In this document: piece after piece, positions 1 to 15,200 of the stretch
How the letters are laid out: every line of letters starts with the position of its first letter
Numbering within the stretch: the first letter of the stretch is position 1
NCBI GenBank assembly: GCA_051252375.1
Contig: JBPOFY010000012.1
Location: forward strand, 32,001 to 96,000
DNA: 64,000 nt
DNA from: Opitutaceae bacterium
GTDB taxonomy: Bacteria > Verrucomicrobiota > Verrucomicrobiia > Opitutales > Coraliomargaritaceae
Direction of reading: 5' to 3'
The notes under the pieces: generated by a model
What the model was told of the DNA's origin: nothing
Database searches by the model: none
Seen by the model: the letters and a program-made list of their open reading frames with translations, nothing else
Position numbers and translations under genes: made by a program

Positions 1-1374
1 TTCATTCGCAAGTGTTTGGCTGATGCCGGAGGCGAGATCTTTGCGTTCTTTGTCATCTTGGACTTGCAGTAGGTATGTCTTGGCTTCTTCGGTTTTGTTG
101 CTGGCGAAACTATTGAGCACATTTCGTAGGGCGTCCTGTTTTTCTTGGCTTTCTTCCATGCCACGCGCCCAAGCCAAGGCTGCCATCGGATCTTTTTTTC
201 CCCAGCTTCTCGCGACATTGGAAATAGTATTCGCATAAACGCGTCCGTAGGGCAGCTCTGCGAGCATAGAAGCGGCCTTCTCCGGATCATCATTTGCCAT
301 GTTCCTGAGCACATTGCTGACAGCGTCATCGCGTGCCCGACCAGTCATGCTGGAGTTGACGAACTCCAGCGCCTTATCTGGGTCTTGCTGCGAGATCGAC
401 CACATCGCGCTGCGGACGATGTCATTTTTGCTTTTCCCGTCTTCCATATTTCTAAGGAAGTCAATGGCGCCATCAATATCCTGCTGTATCCAAGTATACA
501 TGATCGACTGGATTGATTGATTACGCTCCTCTTCAGTGTTTAAGGACATGGCCATTTCTGCCGCACGGTTGATATCCTTTTGGGCGATGCCGCTAATGAG
601 GCCTGAAAGTGCAAAGGTGCGGTTTTCGCCCGTTTCCATAGTATTAATTTTTGCCATCGCTTTATCAGCATTTTGTCCGCCCCAAAGCATGAAGACGGTT
701 GAAAGCTGGTAGGGTTTCATGTCGTCTTGACCGATGATCAGGTCGAATGCCGCTTCCGGATCTTTCCCTGCTACCGACATTGCGATCGCAGCAATAGCTT
801 GGCTTCTTTCGTTTGCATTCTCGATGGCTTGCGCTGCGACGATGGCTCCGTCCGGATCGCGACTGCCCCATGCGGCAAACAAAGACTGCGCGAACATTTG
901 TTTCTGCATCGGGTTCGATTCGTTCTGGTAGAAGCTAAAGGCGCTTTCCGGATTTTTATCCACCCATGCTTGGAAGATGTAATAAGGCACGAAAAAATCG
1001 TTCATGCTCCCCATGCCTTTTTTTGACGAGTCTGCTAGTAACTTTTGAAGCTCACTCTCCGACATCGTCGTCAGCAGAGTCAGCATTTCAATGGTGCCAG
1101 TAATGGAGCTGGTGTCCTTTAAGCGATCAATCCGTGCGGCTTTTTGCTCGATAGTGAGCGCTTGCATATCAGCTGATGCCAATGAGGCTGGGGCTTCAAT
1201 ATCGATGGCATCGCCGGATTGGGCTACGTTGGTCGCTGGTTGCTTGCTCAGCGCTGCTTGCTCAGAGGGAGTATTGGCATCCTGGGGCGAAGTTTTCGGG
1301 ATATAGTAGCCGATAACTATTCCAGCGACTATGGAGAGACCGCAAAAGAGAAGGGGTAGGCTTTTGTTTTTCAT
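1..1374 (-). CDS. Membrane-anchored alpha-helical (HEAT-like 'W..DP..A') repeat protein, runs off the window
   Basis: Not in the ORF track because it is truncated. ATG at 1374 (CAT 1372-1374) reads MKNKSLPLLFCGLSIVAGIVIGYYIP (N-terminal TM). The same frame is open at base 1 (...KTYLLQVQDDKERKDLASGISQTLANE). Repeats such as AWGSRDPDGA, VAGKDPEAAF, DPMAALAW. Confidence 0.75.
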   Translation of the reverse strand, partial: MKNKSLPLLFCGLSIVAGIVIGYYIPKTSPQDANTPSEQAALSKQPATNVAQSGDAIDIEAPASLASADMQALTIEQKAARIDRLKDTSSITGTIEMLTLLTTMSESELQKLLADSSKKGMGSMNDFFVPYYIFQAWVDKNPESAFSFYQNESNPMQKQMFAQSLFAAWGSRDPDGAIVAAQAIENANERSQAIAAIAMSVAGKDPEAAFDLIIGQDDMKPYQLSTVFMLWGGQNADKAMAKINTMETGENRTFALSGLISGIAQKDINRAAEMAMSLNTEEERNQSIQSIMYTWIQQDIDGAIDFLRNMEDGKSKNDIVRSAMWSISQQDPDKALEFVNSSMTGRARDDAVSNVLRNMANDDPEKAASMLAELPYGRVYANTISNVARSWGKKDPMAALAWARGMEESQEKQDALRNVLNSFASNKTEEAKTYLLQVQDDKERKDLASGISQTLANE

Positions 1375-1501
1375 AGGTTCTTTATGGGGTTGAGACTGTC
1401 GGTGTGCAACCAATAGAAAGGACTTCTATCTGATAAAATCTAACGATATGGAAATAATTATATTGTTTGCCTTTAATTATGAGATTTTGGCAGTAGTGGT
1501 C

Positions 1502-2047
<546 letters not shown>

Positions 2048-2090
2048 ATTTGTGGTTAGTTGGAGGACTCCAGTTTCGTTGTCGCTTTAT

Positions 2091-2444
2091 CTATTTTTTA
2101 TAATCTGGGTGGATGTATACACCTTTGACGTTTTTGAGGCTCCACTGAGCCATTGAATGCATGATCGGTTCAAAGCCTTTACCGCGCTCTGTTAAACTGT
2201 AAATCACTTTGCGGCCATCTTCAGGGTCTGGGCTACGTTCAGTAAGTCCGTTATCGGTCAGCCAGCGCAGGCGCTGTGACAGGATGTTTGTAGCTATGCC
2301 TTCGGGTGATTTTAAGAATTCGTCGAAGCGTTGTTTACCAAAGATTAAATCACGAATGACGAGTAGCGTCCAACGATCGCCGACGATATCGAGTGCGCCG
2401 GCGACAGGGCATGGGGAGCGCAGCTTTTTTAAGTTTTTTTCCAT
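2091..2444 (-). CDS. HxlR-family (MarR/DUF24) transcriptional regulator
   Basis: CPVAGALDIVGDRWTLLVIRDL...RFDEF...LSQRL...YSLTERG; conserved N-terminal Cys-Pro. Confidence 0.92.
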   Translation of the reverse strand: MEKNLKKLRSPCPVAGALDIVGDRWTLLVIRDLIFGKQRFDEFLKSPEGIATNILSQRLRWLTDNGLTERSPDPEDGRKVIYSLTERGKGFEPIMHSMAQWSLKNVKGVYIHPDYKK

Positions 2445-2456
2445 AATTCGATAAAC

Positions 2457-2519
2457 TTACTTGCAAAATGAAAGTAATCAAGTTCTTTGCGAGTCATCTT
2501 ACTTGCTCTTTGCAAGTTA
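2457..2519. promoter_or_regulatory. Two 21-bp palindromic operator-like boxes in the divergent HxlR/cupin promoter
   Basis: TTACTTGCAAAATGAAAGTAA (2457-2477) and TTACTTGCTCTTTGCAAGTTA (2499-2519), 42 bp apart. Confidence 0.7.
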
Positions 2520-2543
2520 TATTAACCCGAACATAAAAAAAAC

Positions 2544-3008
2544 ATGACAGCAACGATCAAAGAACTGACTGCTACGAATTATAAGAATGCGAGTGTGCTC
2601 CATACGGGTGCGCTAGATAAATGGAAGTATTTCAATATCGCCTTACCTCAGACAGGTGATGTGTATCCGGGGAAGTTTTGGCTCAAGGAGCTATTGCAAC
2701 TCAGTGGCACTGAAGTCTCGTTTGGCTCAATGCCTAAAGGGGGAAGCGTCCCTTACAATCATATCCATAAGCAAAATGAAGAACTCTATATTTTTCTTTC
2801 TGGTCAGGGGCAGATGCTTCTCGACGGTGAGCAGATTGATGTTTCGGCTGGCACAGTCGTTCGAGTCGATCCGCAAGCCGTGCGCTGTTGGCGTAATACT
2901 GGCACGGAAGATCTCGTGCACATTGTCATCCAATCGAAAGCAGGTTCATTAGAAGAATGGACGGTGGTCGATGGTGAGAAGACTCCAGGCGCACCAATTT
3001 GGGAGTAG
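2544..3008 (+). CDS. Cupin domain protein
   Basis: H.H...EE.Y....G.G motif (NHIHKQNEELYIFLSGQG) and 'G.VVRVDP...R.WRN.G'. Confidence 0.88.
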   Translation: MTATIKELTATNYKNASVLHTGALDKWKYFNIALPQTGDVYPGKFWLKELLQLSGTEVSFGSMPKGGSVPYNHIHKQNEELYIFLSGQGQMLLDGEQIDVSAGTVVRVDPQAVRCWRNTGTEDLVHIVIQSKAGSLEEWTVVDGEKTPGAPIWE

Positions 3009-3020
3009 TTCTTATTGGCT

Positions 3021-8819
<5,799 letters not shown>

Positions 8820-8869
8820 AGATAAAGAAGGGAATAGGAACTGAGATAAATGCGAGTAACAGGTGAAGT

Positions 8870-11185
8870 TTACTCGGCTGAATTTACTTCAGCGGCTTTT
8901 CTTAGGCGTGCTTGTAGGTGTGTGCGGCGGACTTGTTGCTCATTATTGCGAATGGCCATTGCGTAGGCGTCAACGGAGCCGACGAGGTAGACTTTGCTTC
9001 GTGCGCGGGTGATACCTGTGTAGACTAGGTTGCGCTGGAGCATCATGAAGTGCTGCTTGAGTAGGGGGATGACGACGACGGGGTATTCGCTGCCTTGGCT
9101 TTTGTGGATACTGATGGCGTAAGCCAGTTGGATCTCGGAGAGCTCACCTTTAGTGAATTCGACGGATTCGCCTGAAAAATTAACGGTTATGCCAGAGCTG
9201 TCTGGTGCGATGCCTCGAATGATGCCGGTGTCGCCGTTGAAGATGTTTTTGTCGTAGTTGTTTCGTGTCTGGATGACTTTGTCACCGATGCGGAAGGTCG
9301 TTGTGCCGTAGGCCAGCTCTGCGGGTAGTGGCTTGCGCGTCTTTTCGCGGAAGTGGGATTGTTTTGCAGGCGTGTAGTCAGGATCTGATCGTAGGCGAGA
9401 GAGCGCCTTTTCTTTGCTGTTTAAACTATCTTGTAGGGCAAGGTTGAGCGCGGTGATGCCTCCTGTGCCACGATGCATGGGGGAGAGAATTTGCAGGTCT
9501 TTGATAGGGTCGATATTGTGCGCTTTTGGAATGTATTCGCGGGCCAAATACGTAATGGCTTTGGCGCATTGCTCGGCATCGTCTGCTTCGATGAAGGTGA
9601 AGTCGCTGGTGGCGTCGAGCTCGCGTAGGCTTTTTATGGTTTTCCCGGGATGCGATTCACCTTTGAGGATAGAGTGGGCTGTTATGATGATGCCGCTGGT
9701 TTCGCCTTGGCGAAAGATCGTATCAAGACGAGTGACTTGTGCGGGCGGAGCGGTCATCAGATCGCCAAGGATATTTCCAGCACCGACGGAAGGGAGCTGG
9801 TCGGAGTCGCCGACGAGTAAGAGGTGGGCGGTGCTAGGAATGGCTTGAAAGAGGCTATCTGCGAGGCGGGTGTCGAGCATACTGGCTTCGTCGACGATGA
9901 GGAGATCGCAGGGTAGTGGGTTGTCTTCGTTGTAGGCGAATTCTCGGGTGGCACCGTCGTATTTTAATAGGCGGTGTATGGTGCTGGCCTCGGCGCCTGA
10001 GGCTTCGGCAAGGCGTTGAGCGGCTCGGCCAGTGGGAGAGGCTAGTAGGATGCGTGCACGTTTGGCGCGGAGGATGTCGACGATGGCGCGGAGGATGGTG
10101 GTCTTTCCGGTGCCTGGTCCACCAGTGATGATGGCGACCTTTGAACTGAGTGCTTTTTTGAGCGCAGCGGCTTGTTGGTCGGCGAACTGAAAGCCTGCTT
10201 TGTCCTGTGCCCAGGCGATGGCGGCATCTAGCTTTATTGGCGGTATGGTGGATGCGGTTTGATCGATCCGATGCAGTGAGTCGGCGATGCGCTTTTCGGC
10301 TCCAGCTAGTTTCGGGCGTTGGCAGGCGGGACCGAGGGCTTCTTGTTTTTCGTTGTAGGCGGTGACCGAGAAGAGGCGCTCGTTTTCAATCAGCGCGCGT
10401 ATACGATCTTGGATTAGAAGTGGCTCGACGCCTAGTAATTTGAGCGCGTGTTCGGTGATCGCTTGTTGAGTGCCTAAGGTGTGCCCTTCGTCCTCGAGGT
10501 TTTGCATCGTGTGTAAGATGCCTGCGTCAACGCGTTCTTTAGAGTTGGTGGGGAACCCGAGGTTGAGTGCGAGCTTGTCGGCTGTCTTGAAACCGATCCG
10601 TTCAATGTCTTCAGCGAGTCGGTAGGGTTCGTCTTGCAGGATGCGTTTTGCGCCGCTGCCGTATTTTTTGACGAGGCGCACACATTGGGAGGGGGTGACG
10701 CCATAGGTTTGCAGAAACATCATGACGTCGCGCACGGCGGCTTGTTCATCCCATGCCGCTTTGATTGATTTTGCACGCGTTTTGCCAATGCCTGGCACTT
10801 CATGTAGACGACCGGAATCTTCACTGATTACTTTGAGCGTGTCGGCTCCAAAGTGATCGACGATTTTTTTTGCGTAGGATTTGCCGATGCCATGCACCAT
10901 GCCGCTGCCAAGGTATTTGCGTATGCCATGGATCGAGGCGGGTAACTGAGACTTGAAGTTGGCTATTTTGAATTGGTCACCGTGCGTGGCGTGGCGTGTC
11001 CATTCACCGTTTAGCTTCAGGGTCTCACCGCATTGCACACCAGGCAGGTTGCCGAGCACGGTGACGGGTTGCTTGCCTTCTGCGATTTGGACTTCGGCGA
11101 CACAGTAAGCATTCTCTTCGTTGAAGAAAATTATTCGCTCAAGGACTCCGGTAATAGTCTGATCGCTTTGGGGTGTGTTCGCCAT
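8870..11185 (-). CDS. recD2: ATP-dependent RecD2-like (SF1B) DNA helicase
   Basis: N-terminal OB/HhH region, GGPGTGKT Walker A, VDEASM, LVGDSDQLPSVGAG, AYAISIHKSQGSEY, YTGITRA. Confidence 0.93.
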   Translation of the reverse strand: MANTPQSDQTITGVLERIIFFNEENAYCVAEVQIAEGKQPVTVLGNLPGVQCGETLKLNGEWTRHATHGDQFKIANFKSQLPASIHGIRKYLGSGMVHGIGKSYAKKIVDHFGADTLKVISEDSGRLHEVPGIGKTRAKSIKAAWDEQAAVRDVMMFLQTYGVTPSQCVRLVKKYGSGAKRILQDEPYRLAEDIERIGFKTADKLALNLGFPTNSKERVDAGILHTMQNLEDEGHTLGTQQAITEHALKLLGVEPLLIQDRIRALIENERLFSVTAYNEKQEALGPACQRPKLAGAEKRIADSLHRIDQTASTIPPIKLDAAIAWAQDKAGFQFADQQAAALKKALSSKVAIITGGPGTGKTTILRAIVDILRAKRARILLASPTGRAAQRLAEASGAEASTIHRLLKYDGATREFAYNEDNPLPCDLLIVDEASMLDTRLADSLFQAIPSTAHLLLVGDSDQLPSVGAGNILGDLMTAPPAQVTRLDTIFRQGETSGIIITAHSILKGESHPGKTIKSLRELDATSDFTFIEADDAEQCAKAITYLAREYIPKAHNIDPIKDLQILSPMHRGTGGITALNLALQDSLNSKEKALSRLRSDPDYTPAKQSHFREKTRKPLPAELAYGTTTFRIGDKVIQTRNNYDKNIFNGDTGIIRGIAPDSSGITVNFSGESVEFTKGELSEIQLAYAISIHKSQGSEYPVVVIPLLKQHFMMLQRNLVYTGITRARSKVYLVGSVDAYAMAIRNNEQQVRRTHLQARLRKAAEVNSAE

Positions 11186-11245
11186 GTTTGAACTATAGCT
11201 AATTGGCTGAGCGTGAAGGTCAACCCGTGCGTCAATCTAGACACG

Positions 11246-11275
11246 AAAAAGCCCCCGTCGTGAACGGGGGCTTTT
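11246..11275. terminator. Rho-independent terminator (for the minus-strand gene 11284-12678)
   Basis: AAAAAGCCCCCGT-CGTGA-ACGGGGGCTTTT hairpin with A/T tails. Confidence 0.85.
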
Positions 11276-11283
11276 GAAATGTG

Positions 11284-12678
11284 TTATTCAGAGATCACTG
11301 GAGGGTCATCTGGTGGATCCTCTGGTGGACCACCTGGTTGGCCATCTTCGCTCTCCAATGTGAAGATAAGGTCGTCGAATTCGACATCACCAAGGACTCC
11401 GATTTGACTAAAAATGACACTAGAGCCGGCTTGTGCACGTTGCACTGTTAGTGTGTCAGTGCCTGGGCGATAGACGGCAGTTTGGATATTGTTATCGGCG
11501 GCCACTTGGTCAGGCACGAAGCGAAAGATCGCGAAGCGGCGCTCAAGATCGTCGAAGATTTGAAGGTGACGATCTTGATCTGCAGTGACATGTGTTTGGT
11601 AGGAGTCTTCAATTTCCAAGAAGTAGCTTTCAGGGACATGGACAATCTCACGTGCCTTTTGGGCTGCCATGAAGGTTTCGAAGCCGTTGCCTGTAGATGC
11701 GAGTTCAGCGCGGGCGACACTGCCATTAGCGCGGTCGATCGTGGCTACATTCGTCGCTTCAGATTCTTCGAAATAATTCGGTAGGTGGTCGATTAGGTAG
11801 ACTTGAATTGTCCCAGGGACTTCCACCGTGTATTGAGCGGTGAGCGTGCGCATTTGAGTCTCCTTACGTAGGTCGACGATGATGATACATTCTTCATTAT
11901 CAGGGAATGCATATGTAGTGGTCGGGTCTTCATCGACTAGGTTGTAGATTTGGTCAAGTGGACCACCGCTGACGTAGGCGATGCGAGTGCCTGTGTAGGT
12001 TGACGCAAAGTCGTAATCAATAATAGGTGATTGTGCTTTGGTGACTTCGTCTGGATCTTCGCCTTTACCTAGCGTGAACTCAGCTTGTGTGATATTGAGT
12101 GGGCCAGTGGCTCCAAAATTACCAATGAGTCCGGCCTTATCGATGTTGAAGCGAATTAAGATGTAGCGAGTTTCGATTTCTGGAAATGTGATCGAAGGGA
12201 TGACTCCGCGGTTGAAATTAACCGCTTGTGTGAGTGTGGCCCATTTGCCGCTTTCGACTTCTTCCAGTGTGTCGGAAGAGTAGAGTGCGAAGTTGCCTCC
12301 CGCGCTTTGGTTATTCAGGAAAAAGCGCGACACACGCATGAATTGACCCAGATCAATGATGTAGTTGTGTGCGCCTTCGGCGATCTTGTAGGTTAACGCC
12401 GAGTTGTCGCTGAGGAATACAGACTCTTCGAAGTAGCCGACGTCAGGCACCTGTATACGTTGAAGCTGCTCGTCTTTCACTAAAACGAGGGTCGCTCCCA
12501 TATGCCAACGAGCTAAGTTTTTTGGAATACGCTCTAAGTCTCGTTTAGTGGGCTCTTGTATGCGGTATAAATCGACGGTGTCTTTGGACGCCGCGTGAGT
12601 TGCCGTGCTTGAGAGGGCAACTCCGGCAATAAATAACCCGAGGGGTATTGTGCGTAGTGTTTTGATTAGTGTCTTCAT
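11284..12678 (-). CDS. Secreted protein with two discoidin/F5-8-like domains and a Pro-rich C-terminus
   Basis: Likely start MKTLIKTLRTIPLGLFIAGVALSSTATHA (signal peptide) at 12678 rather than 12756; two similar '..D....Y.......IIDL' segments; ends GQPGGPPEDPPDDPPVISE. Confidence 0.65.
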   Translation of the reverse strand: MKTLIKTLRTIPLGLFIAGVALSSTATHAASKDTVDLYRIQEPTKRDLERIPKNLARWHMGATLVLVKDEQLQRIQVPDVGYFEESVFLSDNSALTYKIAEGAHNYIIDLGQFMRVSRFFLNNQSAGGNFALYSSDTLEEVESGKWATLTQAVNFNRGVIPSITFPEIETRYILIRFNIDKAGLIGNFGATGPLNITQAEFTLGKGEDPDEVTKAQSPIIDYDFASTYTGTRIAYVSGGPLDQIYNLVDEDPTTTYAFPDNEECIIIVDLRKETQMRTLTAQYTVEVPGTIQVYLIDHLPNYFEESEATNVATIDRANGSVARAELASTGNGFETFMAAQKAREIVHVPESYFLEIEDSYQTHVTADQDRHLQIFDDLERRFAIFRFVPDQVAADNNIQTAVYRPGTDTLTVQRAQAGSSVIFSQIGVLGDVEFDDLIFTLESEDGQPGGPPEDPPDDPPVISE

Positions 12679-12898
12679 CCTATATTTGGTTAGGTTGCTA
12701 CGGTAGCAGTCTCGATATTCATTATCTAGACAAGTGCAAATCTGGCATGAATGCAATCACCTATTTTTTTATAGATTTTAACCCAGATATTAAGCTTTAC
12801 TACATATTTACATATGAGTTACTATCCACCGCTAACTATCTAACCGCCAATGCTCTTAATTATTGGCTAACTGCTATCAAACAAATCTATTTGTCATG

Positions 12899-14203
12899 AT
12901 GTACATGAACATAACTAGTCGTCGAGTTACGGCTTCTATCTTTGCTTGTGCACTTGCTTTGATGGTAATTGCGCCGTCAAAAGCTCTGTCGCAGGTTGAT
13001 AAGACTCCCGATTTCGCGCCATTTTTGCTGGATAAGCGAGTGGAGCGTGAGGACTATAATTTTCGCCTCGGTCCCGTCCTTGTTGATGTGATCGGAACGT
13101 TTGGAATCGAATATAACGATAACATCAATACTTCGGAGGTGAATCCGATCAAAGATTTCATCCTGCAACCGGGGGTTTCCTTTGGCTTAAAGTGGCAGGT
13201 CAATGAAAGCAATGAATTGGACTTAAACCTAGGTCTTGAATACTGGCACTATCTTGACAACAGCGCGCTTAACAATGGCGCCAATCAGATCGGGATCACG
13301 CCCAATACCGAAGTTTCATTCCGAGTTTTGGTAGGTGATGTCATTTTTCGCGTCTATGACCGTATCCAGTATTCTTTCGATTCTGCGGATTCTGTATTTA
13401 TCGACAACCTGGGGAACGTCATTCAGCAAGATCCGACGGAATATACTCGTTTTCGTAATGTAGCGGGTATCCAGAGTGAATGGTTTATCGGAGAAACGGT
13501 ATTTAGCGGGCAATTGAGCCGTGAGGACATCTGGTCTACTGGCGATGAGTTCACTTATGTGGATCGTGGCGAGAATAAGATCGCGTTGAATGTAGAGCGT
13601 GCCTTGGCCGCGAATTTTACAATAGGTGGCGGTGCTTCCTATTCAGTCTTCGATTTTGAGGAAGATGTGAATAATGACGGTTCCGTGTTCACGATAGGTC
13701 CTTGGTTTGAGTGGAAAATTACTGAACTGGTTGGTTTGTTTGCAGGTATTGCCTACAATGATCGTGATTACGATCAAGGCGCGTTGACTGATTCTGCTGC
13801 TTTCTTTGGGGATGAGAGTCAATTTGATGACTACACCTGGATGGTTCGCCTGAGCCATGTGGCTAATGAGGTATTTAATCATCAATTGGAGTGGTATCGC
13901 TCGATCAGCACAAGTAACACTGCAAATGCGAATACATTGGATGGTATTCGCTACACAGTTGCTTACAATATAACACCTCGTGTGCGTATTGATGGGGCAA
14001 TTGGATATGAAGAAAACGAAAGTTCGGGTGGTCTTCTCAATGATGATTATGGTCGCTGGATTGGCGGTCTCTCCACCGAATTGATTTTGGGACCTCGTTT
14101 GACGGCAGATGTGGGTTATCGCTACATTGATAAGAAATCAGATGCGCTTTTCCAAAGTTATGAACAAAATCAGTTTCGCATTTTCTTTAAATACGACTTT
14201 TAA
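12899..14203 (+). CDS. Outer-membrane beta-barrel protein associated with EPS export
   Basis: Signal peptide, GIEYNDNI motif, alternating beta-strands, C-terminal YDF; first gene of the wza-wzc operon; start approximate. Confidence 0.75.
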   Translation: MYMNITSRRVTASIFACALALMVIAPSKALSQVDKTPDFAPFLLDKRVEREDYNFRLGPVLVDVIGTFGIEYNDNINTSEVNPIKDFILQPGVSFGLKWQVNESNELDLNLGLEYWHYLDNSALNNGANQIGITPNTEVSFRVLVGDVIFRVYDRIQYSFDSADSVFIDNLGNVIQQDPTEYTRFRNVAGIQSEWFIGETVFSGQLSREDIWSTGDEFTYVDRGENKIALNVERALAANFTIGGGASYSVFDFEEDVNNDGSVFTIGPWFEWKITELVGLFAGIAYNDRDYDQGALTDSAAFFGDESQFDDYTWMVRLSHVANEVFNHQLEWYRSISTSNTANANTLDGIRYTVAYNITPRVRIDGAIGYEENESSGGLLNDDYGRWIGGLSTELILGPRLTADVGYRYIDKKSDALFQSYEQNQFRIFFKYDF

Positions 14204-14220
14204 AGAGCTAATACGAAACT

Positions 14221-15162
14221 ATGACAGCGATTTTTCATAAATTTTCAACGGCCTTGCTTGTATGCTTGATGTGTGCGTCCAGCGTATGTGCACAAGTTGA
14301 GACGAGCGCAGTAGCCGCGAAATCGGTCGATTTAGCAGCTGCGCCTTCTCAAATGTCTTTGTTGGACGATGACTGGGAACTGCAGATCGGTGATCGTTTG
14401 ATATACGAAGTGCTAGAAGAGCGCGCTGAAGAGCCCCTTTTGCTTTCTATTAACGGAAATGGGGAACTGCTTTTACCGTTGGTCGGCTCGTTTCCTGCGG
14501 AAGGTAAAACCAGTAAAGAGCTGGCACATGAAATTAAAGTGAAGCTAGAGCAGGAGTTTTTTCATCGCGCGACCGTTGTGATCATGCAGCGAGAAGAAGA
14601 CCGCAATCGCGGTCGAGTGACTGTGATCGGCGAAGTGAAGCGTCAAGGAGAACAGTTGATACCTGTCGATTCGCCACTCACGCTGAGCCAAGCAATTATG
14701 CAGAGCGGTGGATTTACCCTCTATGCAGACCAAGGGAAAGTCAGCGTGGTGGGCGCCGGTCAGGATGAAGCGCGTATCGAAATCGATATAGGGACGATGC
14801 TTTCGCAAGGAAATCTTTCGCAAGACCCAGTCTTGCTGTCTGGAGATTCGGTTATAGTGCCTCGCGCAGACCAAGCCAACAGTCAGGTATATGTCCTCGG
14901 TGCAGTGAATTCTCCTGGATTATATTCAATTCTGGGCAGTAAGTTTACACTGAGCCAAGTAATTCTCATGGCCGATGGGTTTACCCGCTTTGCAAGAAAG
15001 ACGAAGGTTCGCTTAATTACTACCGACGAGTCTGGCGAGAAAAAGGAAATCGAAGTCAATGTTGGTAAGATTCTTGATGGTGGTGACCGAGCCGAAGACC
15101 CTGTGATTAAACCAGGTGATATGGTGATAGTGGAAGAGAAGATGATCAGCTTTAGTGGCTAG
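14221..15162 (+). CDS. wza: Polysaccharide export protein (Poly_export + two SLBB domains)
   Basis: LQIGDRL..V...G.LLLPLVG...EGKT; two 'V.V.G.V..G......LSQ.I..GGFT..A' SLBB repeats. Confidence 0.85.
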   Translation: MTAIFHKFSTALLVCLMCASSVCAQVETSAVAAKSVDLAAAPSQMSLLDDDWELQIGDRLIYEVLEERAEEPLLLSINGNGELLLPLVGSFPAEGKTSKELAHEIKVKLEQEFFHRATVVIMQREEDRNRGRVTVIGEVKRQGEQLIPVDSPLTLSQAIMQSGGFTLYADQGKVSVVGAGQDEARIEIDIGTMLSQGNLSQDPVLLSGDSVIVPRADQANSQVYVLGAVNSPGLYSILGSKFTLSQVILMADGFTRFARKTKVRLITTDESGEKKEIEVNVGKILDGGDRAEDPVIKPGDMVIVEEKMISFSG

Positions 15163-15200
15163 GCAGTGCTTGGGGCTGGTAGCAAGAATACGGAATTAAT

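Noticed and set aside
23..1306. Plus-strand ORFs at 23-1306
   Set aside because: They are shadows of the minus-strand gene starting at 1374
8820..11245. LexA (TGTTC-N4-GAACA-type) boxes upstream of uvrA or recD2
   Set aside because: No convincing match seen by eye in either upstream region
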